DNA from: Pseudomonadaceae bacterium
GTDB lineage: Bacteria > Pseudomonadota > Gammaproteobacteria > Pseudomonadales > Pseudomonadaceae
NCBI GenBank assembly: GCA_030602315.1
Contig: JAUVZY010000003.1
Span: 59,537-83,536 of the forward strand
DNA: 24,000 bases
Direction: 5' to 3'
The position numbers and the translations under genes were made by a program. Position 1 is the stretch's first letter. Each line of letters opens with the position of its first letter. Below, in pieces: positions 7,923 through 14,331 of the stretch. Under the pieces are notes generated by a model. It did no database searches, was not told where the DNA came from, and worked only from the letters and a program-made list of their open reading frames with translations.

Positions 7923-10283
7923 TTACTCCAGTACGCGTAGCACGAAGCCGTTGAGATTGAGGCGGCGCTCGATCTGATAACGCAGCCAGTTGGCTTCCGA
8001 CTCTTTCTGGACCGGACCGACGAACACCCGAATGAGCCCCTCGGTTTCCGTCGAGTAACTGCTGAACCCCTCGTTGCGCAATTGCTGCTCAAGCGACTGT
8101 GCGCGGGCGCGGTTGGTCACGCTCGCCAATTGGATCGACCAACCCGGAGGCATGGCTGGGCGGGCGGCGGCGGTGGCCGGCTCGTTGGGTATGGCCGGCG
8201 CTGGTGCCGGTGCTGGCGCGGCCGATACGACTGGGTCTGTGGCGATTGGCTGTGCGGGCGGCGGGGCGGCCGGTTGGTCGGGCAGGCGAGAAGGAGAAGG
8301 GGCCGGGTCGCTCGCTGCCCGGCGTGGCTGGCGCAGGTCGATGGCCGGCTCTTCCATGACCTCGTCGCGACCATCGAACAGCTGCGACGGATCACCCGGC
8401 AGAACGGTCGATCCAACCCCCCTGGCCTCGATGACGCGTATATCCGAGTACTTCTTGCCAGTCAGCGAGGCTATTCCGGCGCCGTCGCGCACCACTGTGG
8501 GGCGGATGAACACCATCAGGTTGCGCTTCACATGGCTTTCCCGGGTCGAGCGGAATAGAGCTCCCAGAACGGGAATGTTGCCCAGCAGCGGAACCTTGTA
8601 CTGGCTGCGGGTGATGTCGTCCTGAATCAGGCCGCCCAGCACGATGATCTGCCCGTTTTCGGCGAGCACGGTGCTCTTGATCGAGCGCTTGTTAGTGATC
8701 AGGTCGACCGCCTGTGCCGCCAGCGTCGTGCTGGGCGCCAGGGAAGAAATCTCCTGCTCGATCTGCAGGCGCAGGTTGCCGCCCTCGTTGATGTGCGGGA
8801 TGACGCGCAGCGTTACGCCGATGTCCTGGCGTTCGATAGTGGTGAACGGATTGCTAGCACCTGCCGCATCGGTGGTGAAGCTGCCGGTCTGAAACGGTAC
8901 GTTCTGGCCAACGAGGATTTCTGCCTGTTCGTTGTCCAGGGTAAGCAGGCTTGGCGTGGACAGCAGGTTGCTGTTGCTATTGGCAGACAGCGCGGTGATC
9001 AGCGCGCCGAAGTTGCTGGTGCCGATGCCAATGATGGCGCCGTCCGGCAGGTTGGAGGGAATCTGGTTGTTGTTGATGCTCTGAATCAGCGTTCCGATGG
9101 CAAGACCGGTGTTGCCAAAGCTCACGCCGCCGGCGCCTCCTCGGTTGCCGCGGGCGTCGATCGCCCACTGTACGCCCAGCGCGTCGGTAATGTCGCCGGA
9201 AACCTCGACGATGGCCGCTTCGACCAGTACCTGTGCGCGTGGTACGTCGAGCTGACGGACGATGCTTTCCAGCGAAGCGATCATGTCCGGCTCGGCAAGC
9301 AGTACTACGGCGTTGAGGCTAGGGTCGGCGCGCACCAGTACCGGTGGACGGCCTGGCGATGCCCCTTGTTGTTCGCCGCTGGGGCGTGCGCCGAGCCCGG
9401 GCGACAGAGCGCCAAGCGTTTCGGCGAGGGCTTCGGCGTCATTATGGCGCAGGCGGATGACGCGGGTGTTAGCCGAGCGGGTAGCCGGGACATCCAGTGT
9501 GCGTGCCAGGCTCGCCAGGCGCTCGCGGGCGCTGGGCGGGCCGATGAAGATCAGCCGATTGGTGCGCGAGTCGGCGATGATGCGGGCGCCCGCGCCTTCC
9601 TGTCCGGGGCCGCGCATGAGGGTGTTGCGCAGCACTTCGGCGATATCCATGGCCCAGCCATGTTCCAGTGTCACCGTGCCGTAATCGAGAGTGGTGCCTT
9701 GATCGATATCGCGAATGATGCCGCGCAGGCGGCGAATGTTCGCGCTGCGGTCGCTGATGATCAGCGCATTGGCCGACGGCACGGCCGCCAGATGACCGTA
9801 TTGTGGAATGAGCGGCCTGATCAGCGGTATGAGTTCCGTGGCGGGGGCCTGCTGTAGCTGGATCACCGCCGTCTCGAGCAGATCGCCGCCGCGCGGACCG
9901 CCGCCTGCTTCGGTGCGAGCCTCGGCGTTGGGGACGATGCGCGCTACATCTCCCTGAGCAAGTACTGAATAGCCATGAGTCGCCATCACCGACAGGAACA
10001 GCTGATAGAGCTCGCTCATCGACAAGGTGGCGCTGGAAATCACCGTAACTTGCCCCTGCACGCGCGGGTCGACGATGAAGGTCTGGCCGGTGATTTCGCT
10101 TACCTGATCGATGAACGCGCGCAGGTCGGCGCCACGCAGATTGACCGTCCAGCCTTCTTTCTGGGCGGACGCGCTCGGCTCGATGCCGCTGGCAGGCTGC
10201 TGAGCCCAACCGGGCAGGGGGCTCATCAGGCAGCCAAGGGCCACAAGAACGCTGAGAGGTCGGCGGGTGATGGTGGGCAACAT
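7923..10283 (-). CDS. gspD: type II secretion system secretin (GspD/XcpQ family) with C-terminal Pro/Ala linker and SPOR domain
   Basis: 786 aa with ATG 10283 preceded by AGGGA. The signal peptide is MLPTITRRPLSVLVALGCLMSPLPGWA and the N0-like block is WTVNLRGADLRAFIDQVSEITGQTFIVDPRV. Secretin core: LLSTPSLLTLDNEQAEILVGQNVPF, VPLLGNIPVLGALFRS, NLMVFIRPTVV. The last ~140 aa are a P/A-rich linker plus a 73-aa SPOR-like domain. Confidence 0.9.
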   Translation of the reverse strand: MLPTITRRPLSVLVALGCLMSPLPGWAQQPASGIEPSASAQKEGWTVNLRGADLRAFIDQVSEITGQTFIVDPRVQGQVTVISSATLSMSELYQLFLSVMATHGYSVLAQGDVARIVPNAEARTEAGGGPRGGDLLETAVIQLQQAPATELIPLIRPLIPQYGHLAAVPSANALIISDRSANIRRLRGIIRDIDQGTTLDYGTVTLEHGWAMDIAEVLRNTLMRGPGQEGAGARIIADSRTNRLIFIGPPSARERLASLARTLDVPATRSANTRVIRLRHNDAEALAETLGALSPGLGARPSGEQQGASPGRPPVLVRADPSLNAVVLLAEPDMIASLESIVRQLDVPRAQVLVEAAIVEVSGDITDALGVQWAIDARGNRGGAGGVSFGNTGLAIGTLIQSINNNQIPSNLPDGAIIGIGTSNFGALITALSANSNSNLLSTPSLLTLDNEQAEILVGQNVPFQTGSFTTDAAGASNPFTTIERQDIGVTLRVIPHINEGGNLRLQIEQEISSLAPSTTLAAQAVDLITNKRSIKSTVLAENGQIIVLGGLIQDDITRSQYKVPLLGNIPVLGALFRSTRESHVKRNLMVFIRPTVVRDGAGIASLTGKKYSDIRVIEARGVGSTVLPGDPSQLFDGRDEVMEEPAIDLRQPRRAASDPAPSPSRLPDQPAAPPPAQPIATDPVVSAAPAPAPAPAIPNEPATAAARPAMPPGWSIQLASVTNRARAQSLEQQLRNEGFSSYSTETEGLIRVFVGPVQKESEANWLRYQIERRLNLNGFVLRVLE

Positions 10284-10319
10284 ATTCGATCGATATCCCT
10301 GCTGTTGGGCTGGCGCGCG

Positions 10320-10955
10320 TCAGGGCGCACGCTGTCCTGGTACGTCGGGCACCGCTTCGGGCGGCGGGTCGAGAACGCCCGGCGGCGGACCGGTGGGCGC
10401 TGGCGGAGCGGGAGCCGACTCCGGATTGTCTGGTAGCGGTAGTTCTGCGGGGGGAGCCGGCAAGGGCTCGGGCGGCTCGGGTAGTGCTATCGTTTCGCCG
10501 TCAGCCCTGGGGAAGCTAAAAGTCTCGATCCGGCCGTTGCGACGCACTTGAACGCGGTTGGCGTAGACACGATGCAGCACGACGCCGCGCGCCAGTTCAT
10601 CGCCAACCCGGTAGCGTCTGGCCGGTTGATCGCCGACCTGCAACAGGGCGCTGGAGCGTTCCGGGTCGGCACTGACGAAGCTGCCATGTAACAAGATCGA
10701 GAGCTCGCCGCCGCCCGGCGTGCTCGACGGTGGTTGCGCCGGGGTGCCGAACAGAATGTTCAGGCGCTCGAGATCCGGCGCCATGCGCGGGTTCGGGGGC
10801 GCGACGCTGTCGGGGTTCTCCTGTACGCCGGTGATCTTTAGCCATGCCGCTATTTGCCAGGCGAACAGGGCGATGAACACGGCGAGAAGCAGGGCGGCCA
10901 GCAACCAGGGCGCGACTCCCCGCAATCTGTCTCTCAGCCCGGAAGGCAAGCGCAC
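10320..10955 (-). CDS. gspC: type II secretion system protein C-like (TM helix plus HR domain, Pro-rich tail, no PDZ)
   Basis: The TM helix APWLLAALLLAVFIALFAWQIAAWL is followed by a GspC HR-type block, LSILLHGSFVSADPERSSALLQVGDQPARRYRVGDELARGVVLHRVYANRVQVRRNGRIETFSFP. It lies 36 nt upstream of gspD on the same strand. The start is uncertain. The track uses TTG 11054, but those first 33 codons have poorer third-position GC. GTG 10955 or TTG 10949 (GGAG 7 nt upstream) look more likely. Confidence 0.75.
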   Translation of the reverse strand: MRLPSGLRDRLRGVAPWLLAALLLAVFIALFAWQIAAWLKITGVQENPDSVAPPNPRMAPDLERLNILFGTPAQPPSSTPGGGELSILLHGSFVSADPERSSALLQVGDQPARRYRVGDELARGVVLHRVYANRVQVRRNGRIETFSFPRADGETIALPEPPEPLPAPPAELPLPDNPESAPAPPAPTGPPPGVLDPPPEAVPDVPGQRAP

Positions 10956-11130
10956 ACTCCATGCAGTCGGATTGCACCGGGCGCAGGCTGCCCTGGAGGT
11001 CTCTGGCAGGCTGCGCCGGATTGGGATCGAAAAAGCATTGCCGATGGACGGCAAACCATGCTGACAGCATCAATCCGCAGAAGTGCCTTTCGCGTGGTGC
11101 GCGCCGGTGCCGGGCCGGGTGCCTGCGGTT

Positions 11131-11187
11131 TAAAAAAAATTGAGAAAATTTATTGACTTATAAATCGATGCTGGTAAATTGCGCGCC
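11131..11187 (+). promoter_or_regulatory. sigma70 promoter for the tRNA pair, with an A/T-rich UP-like element and a GC-rich discriminator
   Basis: The UP-like element TAAAAAAAATTGAGAAAATTTA lies upstream. The -35 is TTGACT (11153-11158), followed by a 16-nt spacer and the -10 TAAATT (11175-11180). The discriminator GCGCGCC follows, and the tRNA starts at 11201. Confidence 0.65.
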
Positions 11188-11200
11188 ACACAAGGCTAAC

Positions 11201-11276
11201 GGCTGATTAGCTCAGCTGGGAGAGCACCTGCATCACACGCAGGGGGTCGGCGGTTCGATCCCGTCATCAGCCACCA
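11201..11276 (+). tRNA. tRNA-Val, anticodon CAC
   Basis: A canonical 76-nt cloverleaf folded by hand. Acceptor GGCTGAT/ATCAGCC, D arm GCTC-AGCTGGGA-GAGC, anticodon stem CCTGC/GCAGG with loop ATCACAC. Variable loop GGGTC, T arm GGCGG-TTCGATC-CCGTC, then an encoded A-CCA. Confidence 0.9.
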
Positions 11277-11310
11277 CTCTTGTGTAATGGACGCAAGTCC
11301 AAACCGACGC

Positions 11311-11387
11311 GCAGCGGTAGTTCAGTCGGTTAGAATACCGGCCTGTCACGCCGGGGGTCGCGGGTTCGAGTCCCGTCCGCTGCGCCA
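11311..11387 (+). tRNA. tRNA-Asp, anticodon GTC
   Basis: 77 nt. Acceptor GCAGCGG/CCGCTGC, D arm GTTC-AGTCGGTTA-GAAT, anticodon stem CCGGC/GCCGG with loop CTGTCAC. T arm GCGGG-TTCGAGT-CCCGT, then an encoded G-CCA. It is nearly identical to E. coli tRNA-Asp. Confidence 0.93.
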
Positions 11388-11410
11388 TACAAGTTCATTA
11401 TATGAGCACG

Positions 11411-11440
11411 AAAACGGTCCTTCGGGGCCGTTTTTCGTTT
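11411..11440 (+). terminator. Rho-independent terminator after the tRNA pair
   Basis: AAAACGGTCC (11411-11420), loop TTCG, GGGCCGTTTT (one T-G wobble), followed by TCGTTTCT. Confidence 0.7.
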
Positions 11441-11559
11441 CTGCCTCCTGTCGCTGTCGTCCTTCCTTCGCTCGTCATCAAAGCAGATTCGCCTCTGGCG
11501 CGGTCCAACCACGCTAGCGGCTGCTGGCCGCTCTGTCTGCCGCCTGACGAGGGTCTGCC

Positions 11560-12999
11560 ATGTTCGGATTGGAAGCACTGGAGCTTGCACGGATCCAGTT
11601 CGCCTTCACGGTCGCCTTCCACATCATTTTTCCGGCCATCACCATTGGGCTGGCCAGCTATCTGGCGGTGCTGGAGGGGCTCTGGCTTAAAACCGGCCAG
11701 GAACTCTACCGCGACCTGTATCACTTCTGGATGAAGGTGTTCGCGGTGAACTTCGCCATGGGCGTGGTATCCGGCATCGTGATGGCCTACCAGTTCGGTA
11801 CCAACTGGAGTGCGTTTTCCGAGTTCGCAGGTAGCGTGACCGGACCACTGCTGACCTATGAGGTATTGACGGCCTTTTTCCTCGAGGCGGGCTTTCTCGG
11901 CGTGATGCTGTTCGGCTGGAATCGCGTCGGGCCTGGACTGCATTTCTTTTCCACGCTGATGGTGGCGATCGGCACGCTGGTGTCGACCTTCTGGATTCTT
12001 TCCTCGAACAGCTGGATGCACACCCCCCAGGGACACGAAATCGTCGATGGCATCGTTATCCCGGTGAGCTGGATGGCAATCATCTTCAACCCGTCCTTCC
12101 CGTTTCGTTTGGCGCACATGGCGGTTGCGGCCTATCTGGCGACAGCGTTTATGGTGGGCGCGACGGCGGCCTGGCATCTGCTCAAGGGCAACGACAATCC
12201 GGCCATTCGCAAGATGCTTTCGATGGCGATGTGGATGGCGCTCGGCGTGGCGCCGTTGCAGGCGGTCGTTGGTGATCTGCACGGCCTGAATACGCTGGAA
12301 TACCAGCCGGCAAAGATCGCAGCGATGGAGGGGCACTGGGAAAGCACGCCTGGGGAGGCGACTCCGTTGATCCTGGTTGGCTGGCCGGACATGCAGCGGG
12401 AGGAGACGCGCTTCAAGATCGAGGTGCCGTATCTGGCCAGCCTGATTTTGAAACACAGCCTGACCGAGCCGATCCCGGCGCTGAAGGATTTTCCGCCCGA
12501 GGATCGCCCGTTTTCACCCATCGTGTTCTGGTCGTTCCGCTTCATGGTGCTGCTGGGGCTTCTGATGATCGCCTGTGGTTTCTGGAGCCTGTGGTTGCGC
12601 CGGGGCGGGCGGCTCTATCAGTCGGGGGCGTTTCTGCGTTTTGTCTATTACATGGGGCCGAGCGGCGTGCTGGCCATCCTGGCGGGCTGGATCACCACCG
12701 AGGTTGGCCGCCAGCCGTGGGTGATTTATGGGGTGATGCGTACGGCGGATGCCGTGTCGAATCATTCGGCGGCGCAGCTCGGGCTGACCCTGACGCTGTT
12801 CGTGGTGATTTATCTCGCGGTGTTCGGCGTCGGTTTTCTTTACGTGCTGCGGCTGCTGGCCAAGGGTCCGGTGCTCACCGAGGGCCGCGAGCAGGGTGTC
12901 GGCGGCATCGGCCATCCGAGAACGCCGGCGCGGCCCCTGTCGGCGTCCGACGAGGGCCTGCAGCCGGGTGAAAAGGATCAATTGGGCGAGAGGAACTGA
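11560..12999 (+). CDS. cioA: cyanide-insensitive cytochrome bd-type ubiquinol oxidase subunit I
   Basis: 479 aa with GAGGG upstream of ATG 11560. It is CydA-family throughout (ARIQFAFTVAFHIIFPAITIG, YQFGTNWS, FFLEAGFLGVMLFGW, GWITTEVGRQPW). The short periplasmic Q-loop and the size are typical of the CioA subclass. Confidence 0.9.
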   Translation: MFGLEALELARIQFAFTVAFHIIFPAITIGLASYLAVLEGLWLKTGQELYRDLYHFWMKVFAVNFAMGVVSGIVMAYQFGTNWSAFSEFAGSVTGPLLTYEVLTAFFLEAGFLGVMLFGWNRVGPGLHFFSTLMVAIGTLVSTFWILSSNSWMHTPQGHEIVDGIVIPVSWMAIIFNPSFPFRLAHMAVAAYLATAFMVGATAAWHLLKGNDNPAIRKMLSMAMWMALGVAPLQAVVGDLHGLNTLEYQPAKIAAMEGHWESTPGEATPLILVGWPDMQREETRFKIEVPYLASLILKHSLTEPIPALKDFPPEDRPFSPIVFWSFRFMVLLGLLMIACGFWSLWLRRGGRLYQSGAFLRFVYYMGPSGVLAILAGWITTEVGRQPWVIYGVMRTADAVSNHSAAQLGLTLTLFVVIYLAVFGVGFLYVLRLLAKGPVLTEGREQGVGGIGHPRTPARPLSASDEGLQPGEKDQLGERN

Positions 13000-13002
13000 G
13001 TC

Positions 13003-14010
13003 ATGGGCGTGGATCTATCCCTGATCTGGGCAGTGATCATTCTCTTCGGCGTCATGATGTACGTGGTGACCGATGGGTTCGATCTGGGTATCGGCCTGTT
13101 GTTTCCATTCGTACCGGACGAGAGCGACCGCGATGTGATGATGAATACCGTCGCGCCGGTCTGGGACGGTAACGAGACCTGGCTGGTGCTGGGCGGGGCG
13201 GGGTTGTTCGCCGCGTTCCCGCTGGCTTACTCGGTGGTGCTCTCGGCGCTGTACTTGCCGATCATCTTCATGCTCGTCGGGCTGATCTTTCGCGGTGTGG
13301 CATTCGAGTTTCGATTCAAGGCGAGCGATCGGCGGCGGCATGTCTGGGACAAGGCGTTCATCGGAGGCTCACTGCTGGCGACCTTTTCGCAGGGCGTGGT
13401 GCTAGGCGCGTTCATTACGGGTATCCCGGTGGACGGGCGCCAGTTCGCCGGTGGCGCGCTGGACTGGCTGACGCCGTTTTCCCTGTTCTGCGGCGTGGGC
13501 CTGGTGGTGGCCTACGCGCTGCTGGGCGGCACCTGGCTGATGATGAAGACCGAAGGCCCGCTGCAGCGGCGTATGCACGATCTGGGCAAGCCGCTGGTGT
13601 GGCTGTTGTTGTTGGTGACGGCGATCGTCAGCCTGTGGACGCCGCTGGCGCATCCGGCGATCGCCGAACGCTGGTTCAGCCTGCCCAACCTGTTCTGGTT
13701 TTTGCCGGTACCGGTTCTGGTCCTGATCTGTACGCTGGCACTGCTGCGCGCCATTGGCCGCTACGCGCACTATTCGCCATTTCTGCTGACTTTGGCGCTG
13801 ATCTTTCTGGGCTACAGCGGGCTCGGAATCAGTCTGTGGCCCTACATCATTCCACCTGCCGTGACGATCTGGGACGCGGCTTCGCCGGCGCAGAGCCAGG
13901 GCTTCACCCTGATCGGGGCGCTGTTCATCGTGCCGATCATTCTCGTGTACAGCACCTGGAGCTATTACGTGTTCCGCGGCAAGGTGACGGCAGAGCATGG
14001 CTACCACTGA
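13003..14010 (+). CDS. cioB: cyanide-insensitive cytochrome bd-type ubiquinol oxidase subunit II
   Basis: 335 aa starting 3 nt after the cioA stop. It is CydB-family (DGFDLGIGLLFPF, VAPVWDGNETWLVLGG) and polytopic hydrophobic throughout. Confidence 0.9.
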   Translation: MGVDLSLIWAVIILFGVMMYVVTDGFDLGIGLLFPFVPDESDRDVMMNTVAPVWDGNETWLVLGGAGLFAAFPLAYSVVLSALYLPIIFMLVGLIFRGVAFEFRFKASDRRRHVWDKAFIGGSLLATFSQGVVLGAFITGIPVDGRQFAGGALDWLTPFSLFCGVGLVVAYALLGGTWLMMKTEGPLQRRMHDLGKPLVWLLLLVTAIVSLWTPLAHPAIAERWFSLPNLFWFLPVPVLVLICTLALLRAIGRYAHYSPFLLTLALIFLGYSGLGISLWPYIIPPAVTIWDAASPAQSQGFTLIGALFIVPIILVYSTWSYYVFRGKVTAEHGYH

Positions 14011-14155
14011 TCCGCTGCGGCGCTCAGGTTCCCGTGCCCCGCTTTGGCGCCGGCTAGTCTGGCTCGCCGTCTTGTGGTGCGGGGGAGTGGTGGCCCTTTC
14101 CCTGGTTGCCTACCTTCTTCGTTTGGCGCTTGGCGCGGCGGGCTTGACGGCTTGA
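13997..14155 (+). CDS. small (52 aa) single-TM protein, DUF2474-like, overlapping the cioB end (not in the ORF track)
   Basis: ATG 13997 overlaps the last 14 nt of cioB. The product is MATTDPLRRSGSRAPLWRRLVWLAVLWCGGVVALSLVAYLLRLALGAAGLTA, with stop TGA 14153-14155. A basic N-terminus plus one TM helix matches small ORFs I recall annotated as DUF2474 after cioB in pseudomonads. Confidence 0.55.
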   Translation: MATTDPLRRSGSRAPLWRRLVWLAVLWCGGVVALSLVAYLLRLALGAAGLTA

Positions 14156-14331
14156 GCGCGAAAGGATTTCAGCGCAGCGGGGAATTTCAGCGCGCCGGCA
14201 CGGTCTTTGATTGGCATTTTTTCGGCCCACTCAACGACTGGAGCGCTTATGGACGACTACCTCGAAGAAATTCTCGAACAGCATGCGAGCGACAGGGAGC
14301 ATCCCGACGATCGGGACGATGCGACCGAACT

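Noticed and set aside
8195-8222. Short tandem GCN-CCN DNA repeat (GGCGCTGGTGCCGGTGCTGGCGCG)
   Set aside because: It is simply the coding sequence of the APAPAPA part of the secretin linker (- strand). I treat it as protein low-complexity rather than a DNA repeat element, though it could vary in length between strains.
8793-9857. 354-aa ORF on the + strand (plus smaller ORFs at 8074-8625 and 9469-10209)
   Set aside because: These lie opposite to, or out of frame with, the clearly conserved secretin gene. They are Ala/Gly/Arg-rich with no motifs.
11398-12456. 352-aa ORF on the - strand
   Set aside because: It is antisense to cioA, whose CydA-family identity is clear. The product is very basic, His/Arg-rich and implausible.
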